DNA of 51,240 nt. Source: Zetaproteobacteria bacterium (GTDB taxonomy: Bacteria; Bdellovibrionota_B; Oligoflexia; Oligoflexales; Bog-1112). Positions within the stretch are counted from its first letter, which is position 1. Every line of letters begins with the position of its first letter. The stretch spans positions 1 through 51,240 of the forward strand of contig CANFEH010000002.1 in the NCBI GenBank assembly GCA_947445855.1, written 5' to 3'. The notes under the pieces are model-generated. The model did not search any database. It was not told where the DNA came from and saw only the letters and a program-made list of their open reading frames with translations. The position numbers were made by a program, and so were the translations under genes. This document shows, piece by piece, positions 35,990 through 44,522 of this stretch.

Positions 35990-36586
35990 CTACTTAGAAG
36001 TTGAACTCATATACTCATTCAAACTGGAGTGATTTGGCTTCATAGCTTTCTCACCTTTTGTCCAGTTTGCAGGACAAACTTCTCCATGCTTTTCAGAAAA
36101 CTGAAGAGCTTCTAGAAGTCTTAAAAATTCATCGACATTTCTACCAAGAGGAAGATCGTTTACTGTTTGATGTCTGACAATCCCCTCTTTATCGATAAGA
36201 AATGATCCTCTCAAAGCAACACCATCATTTTCAATAAGAACATCGTAATCACGAGCAATTGTCTTATTGATATCAGCTACAACTGGGTACTTAATTCCTT
36301 TAATACCACCATGATTACGATCTGATTGTAACCAAGCATGGTGAGAGAAGTGAGAATCTACAGAACAAGCAATCACTTCACAATTTAATGCTTTAAATTG
36401 AGCTAATTTTTCTTGAAAAGCGTGAAGCTCTGTTGGACAAACAAAAGTAAAGTCAAGAGGATAGAAAAAAAGAAGTCTATAAGAACCGTTTGTATCACTT
36501 AAACGGTAGTTTTTTTTGAATTCACTCCCATTAATCACTGCTGTTGCTTCAAAATCAGGAGCATTCTTTCCAACAAGTACGGACAT
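35990..36586 (-). CDS. ahpC: Typical 2-Cys peroxiredoxin (AhpC/TsaA type)
   Basis: Peroxidatic motif FFYPLDFTFVCPTE and resolving-Cys motif GEVCPANW. Near-colinear with Helicobacter-type AhpC (198 aa). Confidence 0.93.
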   Translation of the reverse strand: MSVLVGKNAPDFEATAVINGSEFKKNYRLSDTNGSYRLLFFYPLDFTFVCPTELHAFQEKLAQFKALNCEVIACSVDSHFSHHAWLQSDRNHGGIKGIKYPVVADINKTIARDYDVLIENDGVALRGSFLIDKEGIVRHQTVNDLPLGRNVDEFLRLLEALQFSEKHGEVCPANWTKGEKAMKPNHSSLNEYMSSTSK

Positions 36587-36713
36587 ACTCTTACCTTTCT
36601 TTATAAAGTGAAAACTAAAAAAATTGTTTCGCTTTCACATGATTAATCTAAAAAAAAACTGGGCTCTTAATTTAACAGACCCCCTAGCTCTCGTCAACGT
36701 GATGTCTCCTCAG

Positions 36714-37229
36714 CTAAACATTCTTAAGCGAAAGAGTCATCTTAAATTCCGCTACTAATTCTTCAGAAATATCAGGGCAAAAAGCCTTAACAGCCACTAT
36801 AAGATTTTGACGTTCTCCTGAACGAATAGCCTTTAACACAGCTTGAGAGATAAGCTCTCCATCGTTACAAACAAATAGAGTCCTTCCCATAGCACGCTTA
36901 TAAAAAGAAGCCTGTATATCTTTGAACAAAAGAAGAATTTTTCCGCGATTTTTTTTAGCAATCTCCATGGCTAAAAGACCGCACCCAAGATCTGCCCCAG
37001 CAACAAGAACACCAGCGTACATGGACTTAAAATGATTCTTTGTGAAATACCCAAGACGAATAGAAATTTCCGCATGTTTTTCATCAAGGCTATGAACCAC
37101 AGGCCGCATAAGAAATAGCATGGGAACTTTAAAAAAAGTCCAAATTCTCACACCAAAAGTTTTCTTAAATAAAAACAATTTTAAAGCCCCCTCTTTTAGT
37201 TTCCTTCTTCCATATGAGGATATCTCCAA
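36714..37229 (-). CDS. Hotdog-fold protein, DUF4442 / thioesterase-like
   Basis: 171 aa. The pattern ...HAEISIRLGYFTKNHFKSMYAGVLVAGADLGCG...FKDIQASFYKRAMG... fits the DUF4442 layout as I recall it. The start overlaps the pruA 3' end by 34 nt. Confidence 0.45.
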   Translation of the reverse strand: MEISSYGRRKLKEGALKLFLFKKTFGVRIWTFFKVPMLFLMRPVVHSLDEKHAEISIRLGYFTKNHFKSMYAGVLVAGADLGCGLLAMEIAKKNRGKILLLFKDIQASFYKRAMGRTLFVCNDGELISQAVLKAIRSGERQNLIVAVKAFCPDISEELVAEFKMTLSLKNV

Positions 37230-38833
37230 TTAGTCATAGAGAGGAAGTTTTCTTTGATTGTTTGAGGAGTCACCCATTTAAGAAGATTTGTACGACTACC
37301 AGCTTTATCATTTGTACCAGAACGTCTAGAGCCACCAAAAGGCTGCTGCCCCACGACAGCTCCTGTTGGTTTATCGTTGATATAAAAATTTCCAGCACTG
37401 TAGCGAAGAGTTTCGCTCAAACTCTCAATCACAGATCTATCTCTTGCAAATATTGCCCCTGTCAGAGCATAAGGTGTGCTCTCGTCACAAAGTTTTAAAA
37501 CAGCTTCAAGCTCATCATCTGGATATACATAGACAGTGAGAACAGGGCCAAAAATTTCTTCTACCATAGAACGATAACGAGGATTTCTTGTTTCAATCAC
37601 AGTAGGCCGCACAAAAAAACCTTCCGTGTCATCATACTCACCACCACAAAGAATTTTAGCATCTTGAGCCACTTTTGCGTGATCAATATAACTTGTAATC
37701 TTAGAAAATGATCTTTTATCAATCACTGCACTCATAAAATTTGTAAAGTCTGTAGGGTCTCCCATTTTAATTTGATTCACTTGCTCTATAAGAGGTCCTT
37801 TAAGAGTTTTCCAAAGAGACTGAGGAATGTAAGCTCTAGAAGCTGCAGAACACTTCTGCCCTTGGTACTCAAAAGCCCCTCTCAGCATAGCCACAAGGAG
37901 TTCTTCCTGAGAAGCACTCTTATGAGCGAAAATAAAATCTTTACCCCCTGTTTCTCCAACAAGCCTAGGGTAATTTCGGTAGTTAGAAATATTCGCTCCG
38001 ACACGCCCCCAAATATAATCAAAGGTTGCTGTGGATCCTGTAAAATGAACCCCTGCTAACGAGCTGTGATTTAAAGCTATTTCTCCAATTCGAGAGGGGT
38101 CTCCTGTCACTAGATTAATAACCCCAGAAGGCAGACCTGCTTCTTCTAAAATCTGTAATCCAACCCAAGAACTTAATACTGCTGCAGGAGCAGGTTTCCA
38201 CAAAACAGAACATCCCATTAAAGCTGGAGCACAAGCTAGGTTGAGAGAAATAGATGTAAAATTAAAAGGCCCCACCGCAAAAATAAAACCCTCTAAACCT
38301 CGATTAACAGTTCTGTTCCACTGTCCAAAAGGAGAATGAACCGGTTGTTCTTCATAAATTTCTTGTGCAAACCGTGCATTAAAACGAAAAAAATCAGCCA
38401 ACTCACATACAGCATCTATTTCTGCTTGAAAACAAGTTTTACTCTGAGCCAACATAGTGGCAGCATTCATTTTTTGTCGGTATTTTGTGCTGAGAAGATC
38501 TGCAGCTTTCAAAAAAACGCTAGCTCTTTCTTCCCACGGCATTCTGGACCAAACTTTCCCCGCTGCACAACTCACATCAATAGCCGTGAGTACATCTTTT
38601 TCTTCAGCCTCTTGGTATTCCCCAATCTGAGAGGAGTGTTTATGAGGCTCAAGAAGCTGATTGGTTCTCTCCTTCCAAAGCTTCTCACCACCTATAACTA
38701 AGGGAACCTTCACAAAAGAACGCCGTGTTTCTTCTAACTCTTTTAAAAGAAGTTTTTTTTCTGCACTCATTGGCTTATACTGATTAATCGGCTCATTCGT
38801 TGGTGAAGGAACATTAAATTTAGCATTCGACAT
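37196..38833 (-). CDS. pruA: L-glutamate gamma-semialdehyde (1-pyrroline-5-carboxylate) dehydrogenase
   Basis: Aldehyde dehydrogenase superfamily with GETGGKDF and catalytic Cys in EYQGQKCSAASR. The 545-aa monofunctional P5CDH layout. Confidence 0.88.
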   Translation of the reverse strand: MSNAKFNVPSPTNEPINQYKPMSAEKKLLLKELEETRRSFVKVPLVIGGEKLWKERTNQLLEPHKHSSQIGEYQEAEEKDVLTAIDVSCAAGKVWSRMPWEERASVFLKAADLLSTKYRQKMNAATMLAQSKTCFQAEIDAVCELADFFRFNARFAQEIYEEQPVHSPFGQWNRTVNRGLEGFIFAVGPFNFTSISLNLACAPALMGCSVLWKPAPAAVLSSWVGLQILEEAGLPSGVINLVTGDPSRIGEIALNHSSLAGVHFTGSTATFDYIWGRVGANISNYRNYPRLVGETGGKDFIFAHKSASQEELLVAMLRGAFEYQGQKCSAASRAYIPQSLWKTLKGPLIEQVNQIKMGDPTDFTNFMSAVIDKRSFSKITSYIDHAKVAQDAKILCGGEYDDTEGFFVRPTVIETRNPRYRSMVEEIFGPVLTVYVYPDDELEAVLKLCDESTPYALTGAIFARDRSVIESLSETLRYSAGNFYINDKPTGAVVGQQPFGGSRRSGTNDKAGSRTNLLKWVTPQTIKENFLSMTNWRYPHMEEGN

Positions 38834-38961
38834 AAAACAAAAGCCCCCCTTTCAGGTGGATAAAAAATTCATAAGTTTTTTGAACCTAATCACCCAGACC
38901 CAAACAAGTCAAGTAATTTAGCATGTTAGCTTAACAGAAAAAGGAAACTCAAAAAGAGATT

Positions 38962-39351
38962 ATGAAAATTTTCTTACAAAAAAATACACTTTCTCTTTTT
39001 TTTCTACTGATCTTAGGAATTGGAGCTTTTTACTATAACCAACTCAACCAAAAAGAAATTCCTTTTCCTGAAAAAGAACCTGATCCACTAGCTCAAAAAA
39101 TCACAATGTTCGCTAAAAGTACTTGTATTTATTGTTTACGAGCAAAAAATTTTTTAAAACAAAAAGGTCTACACTTTAAAGAAATAGAATTGACAGACAA
39201 CAAAGAAGCCTATGAAGAACTCTTGAAACTTATGGAACGAGTCACAGTCCCACAAATTTTTATCGGTGAACATCATGTTGGAGGCTATTCAGACCTCATA
39301 AAACTAACAGATGAAGAACTGAATGCGCTTCTCTACCCAGAAGGAAAATAA
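38962..39351 (+). CDS. Glutaredoxin with an N-terminal transmembrane anchor
   Basis: Grx fold markers: active site STCIYC, TVPQIFIGEHHVGGYSDL. Preceded by MKIFLQKNTLSLFFLLILGIGAFYY (hydrophobic helix). Confidence 0.8.
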   Translation: MKIFLQKNTLSLFFLLILGIGAFYYNQLNQKEIPFPEKEPDPLAQKITMFAKSTCIYCLRAKNFLKQKGLHFKEIELTDNKEAYEELLKLMERVTVPQIFIGEHHVGGYSDLIKLTDEELNALLYPEGK

Positions 39352-39359
39352 CTCTCATC

Positions 39360-40574
39360 ATGCCAATTCCACCTACAATAATAAATTTGAAAGAAGATTT
39401 TCCTTTTTTTAAATCTGAGAACAAAAAACTTTCTTACCTCGATAGTGCAGCAACAGCTTTAAAACCAAAGAGTGTTATTGCCTCTATTTCTCACTATTAT
39501 GAAAACCTCGGAGCGAGTGTTCACAGAGGAGCCTATAAACTAGGAGACGATGTCACTAGCCTATATGAAAAAGCAAGGGAAGAAAGCCGTAAATTTTTAG
39601 GAGCAAAAAACAAAGAAGAAATTATTTTTACTTCTGGCACAACTCACTCCCTAAACCTTGTAGCTTCTTCTCTTGGAGAATATTGTCTCAAAGAAGGAGA
39701 CGAGGTTCTAGTCACAGCATCAGAACATCATGCTAATTTTATCCCTTGGCAACAGATAGCAAAAAGAAAAGGTGCTCTCTTTAGAGTAATTCCTCTTGAT
39801 AAAGATTTTAGAATTAACCTAGAAAAAGCAAAAGAGCTTATGAGTTCTAAAACTAAAATTCTTGCTTTTTCACATGTATCTAATGTTCTAGGAGGACTGA
39901 GTCCTGTAAAAGAGCTCATAGACTTAGCTAAAAGTGTTGGGGCTTACACTGTTGTTGACGGAGCTCAATGGGCTCCACACGGAAAAGTTTCTGTGACTGA
40001 GCTTAACTGTGATTTCTACACCTTTAGTGCTCATAAAATCATGGGACCAACTGGAGTTGGTGTTCTTTACGGAAAAAAAGAACTTCTTGAAAAAATCCCT
40101 CCTTATCAAACCGGTGGGAATATGATAGCTACTGTCAACGAAAAAGAATCCACTTGGAATATGCTTCCAAACAAATTTGAAGCAGGCACTCCAAATATTG
40201 CTGGGGTGATTGGCATGACAGCTTGTTATGAATACATAAAAAAGTTAGACCAAGAAGAAATTATGAAACATGAAAAAAAACTAACAAAAATTCTTCTTCA
40301 TGAATTAAAAAAAAATCTAAATATCACAACTTATCAACAAGACCCTTTGAGCCTTGTCAGCTTTTCTCATAAAACAATTCATCCTCATGACATCTCTTTT
40401 ATGGCAGACTCTCATGGTGTTTGTATCCGCTCTGGCCACTTGTGTGCCCAACCGCTTATGCAAGCCCTAGGTGTGAGCGCTCTTTCGCGAGCTTCTTTTT
40501 ATTTTTATAATGACGAAACAGACGTGGAACGACTTCTGCGTTCTTTGTATGAAGCTGAAACATTATTTTCTTAA
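39360..40574 (+). CDS. sufS: Cysteine desulfurase, SufS/CsdA type (class V aminotransferase)
   Basis: PLP-Lys motif SAHKIMGPTGVGVLYG and catalytic Cys loop RSGHLCAQP. 404 aa. Confidence 0.9.
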   Translation: MPIPPTIINLKEDFPFFKSENKKLSYLDSAATALKPKSVIASISHYYENLGASVHRGAYKLGDDVTSLYEKAREESRKFLGAKNKEEIIFTSGTTHSLNLVASSLGEYCLKEGDEVLVTASEHHANFIPWQQIAKRKGALFRVIPLDKDFRINLEKAKELMSSKTKILAFSHVSNVLGGLSPVKELIDLAKSVGAYTVVDGAQWAPHGKVSVTELNCDFYTFSAHKIMGPTGVGVLYGKKELLEKIPPYQTGGNMIATVNEKESTWNMLPNKFEAGTPNIAGVIGMTACYEYIKKLDQEEIMKHEKKLTKILLHELKKNLNITTYQQDPLSLVSFSHKTIHPHDISFMADSHGVCIRSGHLCAQPLMQALGVSALSRASFYFYNDETDVERLLRSLYEAETLFS

Positions 40575-40594
40575 ATTTTTCAGAAAGGTTTTAA

Positions 40595-42658
40595 ATGTCC
40601 TTAAATAACTATGAACCAATGATTTTACCTACATTTAATCAGATTAAAATTGATTCCATAGAAAAAAATGTTTTAGATCTTCTAGAAAGAGCGAATAAAA
40701 CTCTTACAAATATAGAAGAAAACTCCATTGCAACTTGGGACTCTCTCATTAAACCTCTTGAAGAGTTACAAATTGAAATTCATAACATTTGGTCTCCTAT
40801 TAGTCATTTACACAGTGTTCAAAACTCTCCAGAGTTAAGGGCTGTGTATGCTAAACTTATCGAACCCATGACAAGTTTTTATTTAAAACTCGAGCAGAGC
40901 CCTAAAATTTACGAAAAACTTTCTCATATCAAGAATAGTTCCGAGTTCACAAAACTGAGTGGCACAAGACAGCGCATCCTAGAGAAAAAAATTTTGAATG
41001 CTCAACTTGCTGGAATTGCTTTAGAAGAAGAACAAAAAAAAACTTTTATAGAAATAGCAAAAAAATTAAGTCAACTCTCCACTCAGTTTTCAAACAACCT
41101 TCTTGATGCTATTAAAGACTATCATCTTGTTGTCACTGATCGAAAAGATATGGGGAAACTTCCAGCTTCTTTTCTTGAACTTACTTCTGAAGCTTATAAA
41201 AATAAGTTTAAAAACAAAGAAAGCTCAAAAGAAAATGGGCCTTGGCTCATCACACAAGAGTTTACAAGCTACTCTCCTTTCATGGAAAACTCTCCCACGA
41301 GAGAGCTTCGTAAAGAACTTTATTTAGCTTCCATCACACTTGCTTCTTCTGGCAAAACTAACAACACACCTCTTGTGAATGAGATTCTAAAATTAAGAAA
41401 AGAGCAAGCAAAGCTTCTTAAATTTGACTCTTATGCCCAGTTAAGTTTAGCTACAAAAATGGCTGAAAATGTACCGCAGATTTATGAAATGACAAACAAA
41501 CTTCAAAAACATGCTCGTTTAAGAGCCGAGGAAGAATTAGAAGAGCTAAAATCTTTTACAAAAAAAGAAAGTGGTCAAAGTGATTTCCACCACTGGGATC
41601 TTCCTTATTGGAGTAAAAGACTTAGAGAAGAAAAATTTTCTTATGACGAAGAGGAGTTAAAACCTTATTTTTCTTTTGACATAGTCACAAAAGGTTTATT
41701 TGCTCTAGCTCAAAATCTGTTCCAAATCACTGTAAAAGAAGACAAGTCAATTGCTATAGAAAAATGGGATCAATCTGTTACTTTTTACAATATTTATGAC
41801 AAACATAACGAACACATTGCCTCTTTTTATCTAGATCCTTATACAAGAAGCAGCAATAAAAGAAGTGGTGCTTGGATGAATAATTGTATTGATCGAAGAA
41901 AAGAAAAAAATGGAAAAATCACTCGTCCTGTAGCTTATCTTGTTTGTAACTTTACACCACCCACAAAAACAGAACCTTCTCTGTTAACATTCAGAGAAGT
42001 TGAAACTCTTTTTCATGAGTTCGGCCATGGCCTTCAACACATGCTCACAACGATTGATGATTTAGATGCTTCAGGAATTAGTGGTGTAGAATGGGACTCT
42101 GTGGAACTTCCAAGTCAATTTATGGAGAACTGGTGTTATCATGAGCAAACTCTTCTCAATATGGCTAAGCATTACAAGACAGGAAAGACTCTTCCTCGAG
42201 ATCTTTTTGAAAAACTACAAGCTTCTAAAAACTATATGGTAGCTCTTGGTACTTTAAGACAAATTTATCTTACTCTCTTTGATCTTCGTCTTCACGATGA
42301 ATATGAACCAGAAAGTGAAAAACTTTTTGAGCTACAAAATAAAGTAGGCAGAGAAGTTCTTCTTATACCTCCGCACCTAGATGATAAAATACTCTGTCGT
42401 TTCTCTCACATTTTTGCTGGAGGCTACAGTGCAGGCTACTACTCTTATAAGTGGGCTGAGATTTTAAGCGCAGATGCTTTCAGTCGTTTTGAAGAAATCA
42501 ATCTAGAAGACAAGGAAGAAGTAAGAAAAGTTGGGCTTAAATTTAAAGAAACTATTTTGGCCTTAGGTGGAAGCGAAGATCCTATGAAAATTTTTGAAAA
42601 ATTTAGAGGCAGAAAACCAACTGTAGATGCTCTTCTTCGCCATCAAGGACTCATCTAA
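40595..42658 (+). CDS. prlC: Oligopeptidase A (M3 thimet-like metallopeptidase)
   Basis: Zinc motif HEFGHGLQH with a downstream Glu. 687 aa. Overall M3A layout. Confidence 0.9.
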   Translation: MSLNNYEPMILPTFNQIKIDSIEKNVLDLLERANKTLTNIEENSIATWDSLIKPLEELQIEIHNIWSPISHLHSVQNSPELRAVYAKLIEPMTSFYLKLEQSPKIYEKLSHIKNSSEFTKLSGTRQRILEKKILNAQLAGIALEEEQKKTFIEIAKKLSQLSTQFSNNLLDAIKDYHLVVTDRKDMGKLPASFLELTSEAYKNKFKNKESSKENGPWLITQEFTSYSPFMENSPTRELRKELYLASITLASSGKTNNTPLVNEILKLRKEQAKLLKFDSYAQLSLATKMAENVPQIYEMTNKLQKHARLRAEEELEELKSFTKKESGQSDFHHWDLPYWSKRLREEKFSYDEEELKPYFSFDIVTKGLFALAQNLFQITVKEDKSIAIEKWDQSVTFYNIYDKHNEHIASFYLDPYTRSSNKRSGAWMNNCIDRRKEKNGKITRPVAYLVCNFTPPTKTEPSLLTFREVETLFHEFGHGLQHMLTTIDDLDASGISGVEWDSVELPSQFMENWCYHEQTLLNMAKHYKTGKTLPRDLFEKLQASKNYMVALGTLRQIYLTLFDLRLHDEYEPESEKLFELQNKVGREVLLIPPHLDDKILCRFSHIFAGGYSAGYYSYKWAEILSADAFSRFEEINLEDKEEVRKVGLKFKETILALGGSEDPMKIFEKFRGRKPTVDALLRHQGLI

Positions 42659-43459
42659 ATGAGACAAGAAGGACTCATTAAAGGTCTTCAGATTGAAGAA
42701 GATTCTAAAAAAAATCTTCAGTATCATTTAAAGCTGGGAGACAGTCTCTTTAGTCTTAATGAACTTTTAGGACAAGAGCTCACATTTCACTTTTCCGGTG
42801 AAATTCGTTGTTCTTTTTGTGAGAAAATAATCAAGAAAACTTATGGCAACGGATCCTGTTACCCTTGTTTCATAACCCTTCCACAAAATGATCTCTGTAT
42901 TTTAAAACCAGAGTCCTGTCATTTCCATAAAGGGAGTTGCCGCGATAGTGTTTGGGGAGAAGACAATTGCTTTAAAGCTCACAGCATCTATCTCTCTTAC
43001 ACTTCAAACTTAAAAGTAGGTATCACAAGAGAGTTTAGAGTCAAAAAAAGATGGCTCGAACAAGGAGCCATTCAAGCAATCAAGCTAGCTCGTGTCCAAA
43101 ATAGACTTCAAGCTGGCCTTGTAGAAGTAGCTCTCAAGAAATTTGTGAGCGACACAACAAACTGGCGCCAACTTTTTCAAGAACAAGAGATACCAGAAGA
43201 CTTTGAGCAAAAAAGCGTTCAACTCAAAGAGTATATTAAAGATACATTTCGCTTTGCTCACCTAGAAGAAGAAAAAACAGAAAAATTCAATTACCCTATC
43301 TTGCAATACCCTAAAATAATAACTCCTTATAATCTTGAAAAAACACCTCGCTTTCAAGATAAATTGATTGGACTGAAAGGCTCTTATCTTCTTTTCGAAG
43401 GAGGGGTCTTTAATATAAAAAAATTTACAGGCTTTTATCTTGAAATGAAAAAATATTGA
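42659..43459 (+). CDS. Cys-rich conserved hypothetical protein, DUF2797-like
   Basis: CSFCEK..(11)..CYPCF, then CILKPESCHFHKGSCRDSVWGEDNC and KVGITREFRVKKRWLEQGA, matching my recollection of DUF2797. The ATG directly abuts the prlC TAA. Confidence 0.55.
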   Translation: MRQEGLIKGLQIEEDSKKNLQYHLKLGDSLFSLNELLGQELTFHFSGEIRCSFCEKIIKKTYGNGSCYPCFITLPQNDLCILKPESCHFHKGSCRDSVWGEDNCFKAHSIYLSYTSNLKVGITREFRVKKRWLEQGAIQAIKLARVQNRLQAGLVEVALKKFVSDTTNWRQLFQEQEIPEDFEQKSVQLKEYIKDTFRFAHLEEEKTEKFNYPILQYPKIITPYNLEKTPRFQDKLIGLKGSYLLFEGGVFNIKKFTGFYLEMKKY

Positions 43460-43609
43460 TCTGCAATTTCTTAAATGCAGAAAATTCCAAAGCTCGGCTT
43501 CATTTTTATTTTAAGAGAAGTTCTTTCACAAATCCACAGTTTGACTATTTTTTAAACAAAAAGGTCCACCTTTGACTTCTCATCAGGTCTAAGCAATTAA
43601 GAGGTGAGA

Positions 43610-43630
43610 TATTCACACAGGGTGTGAATA
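43610..43630 (+). terminator. Perfect 9-bp hairpin TATTCACAC-AGG-GTGTGAATA; possible weak terminator or operator
   Basis: Read directly. Followed by ACTTTT then A8. About 150 nt downstream of the DUF2797 stop. Confidence 0.3.
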
Positions 43631-43697
43631 ACTTTTAAAAAAAATCTTCATGCTTTCTCATATAAAATCCTGCCAAATAAAAAAAGGGACCTTTTCC

Positions 43698-43725
43698 TTG
43701 TTTCTTTTTTATTTTTTTATATGAT
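43698..43725 (+). promoter_or_regulatory. Sigma70-like promoter TTGTTT-16 nt-TATGAT
   Basis: TTGTTT at 43698-43703 and TATGAT at 43720-43725, about 50 nt upstream of the lipoprotein ATG at 43777. Confidence 0.35.
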
Positions 43726-43776
43726 ATTTTGGGGTGTTATTTTTTATTGTATTATTATTCTTGTAAAGGCCCCATC

Positions 43777-44478
43777 ATGAGAAAGCTCTTGTACTTGCTT
43801 TTCTTGCTTCCTACTCTCACAGGCTGTGATCTTATCACACAATATTTTTCACCCTCTCAAACAGACGTTACGAGTCTTATCACAGAATTTTTTTCACCCT
43901 CTCAAACAGAAGTTACAAGTTGTGAGCTCGAAAAAAAATACTACCCTGTTCAAACAGCTCGCTACGAAAATCAGAGTCAAATTTATCAATTAACACTCTT
44001 AGACACTCCTATCTGTTTTAAAAACCCTCTCACTTTGAGCAACGTGAGACTTGGAAGATTAAGTCCAGAAGAAAAAACAGAAAAAGCAAAACTTGATTAC
44101 ATTAACGCCGAAGACTCAACCCTTTATTTATCTCCAGGATTTCCAATAGAAATACTAAGCCCAAAAGAAAATGGGCAAACTGGTGGGAGTAGTTCTGGAT
44201 CATCGTTATGGGTTCCTCTTGTAGCAGGGGCTGCAGGAGCTGCTCTTGGTAATTTAGCAGCATCAAGACTCTCTAGCCCTCAATACGTAAGCCCTCCTAC
44301 TCCTAATGGAACAGGAAGCCTTCTTCAAGGTTTTGATGACAGACAAGTATCAAAAACTCCTCCTCCATCAAAATCAAGCTCTTCTTATAAAGACGTGGCG
44401 CAAAAAAAGAAAAAGAGCTATTCTTCTTTCCAACCTAACAAGTCTAGTCGAAAATTTAAAAGCAAAAGAAGACGCTAA
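43777..44478 (+). CDS. Hypothetical lipoprotein with internal repeat, Gly/Ala-rich hydrophobic segment and polybasic tail
   Basis: ATG at 43777 follows AAAGG. Lipobox LTGC. Duplicated 15-aa unit. Hydrophobic segment LWVPLVAGAAGAALGNLAA. Tail KKKKSYSSFQPNKSSRKFKSKRRR. Confidence 0.6.
   Translation: MRKLLYLLFLLPTLTGCDLITQYFSPSQTDVTSLITEFFSPSQTEVTSCELEKKYYPVQTARYENQSQIYQLTLLDTPICFKNPLTLSNVRLGRLSPEEKTEKAKLDYINAEDSTLYLSPGFPIEILSPKENGQTGGSSSGSSLWVPLVAGAAGAALGNLAASRLSSPQYVSPPTPNGTGSLLQGFDDRQVSKTPPPSKSSSSYKDVAQKKKKSYSSFQPNKSSRKFKSKRRR
43831..43920 (+). repeat. Two tandem 45-bp in-frame repeat units (41/45 identical)
   Basis: Units at 43831-43875 and 43876-43920 encode LITQYFSPSQTDVTS / LITEFFSPSQTEVTS. 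Confidence 0.9.
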
Positions 44479-44522
44479 CCCTAGACCAACAAAAAATCTT
44501 AAACGAGGAAAAAATAATAGAT

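Noticed and set aside
43831-43920. Possible CRISPR-like or minisatellite array.
   Set aside because: There are only two units, directly adjacent without spacers, in frame inside a coding sequence. It is a protein-level tandem duplication, not a CRISPR array.
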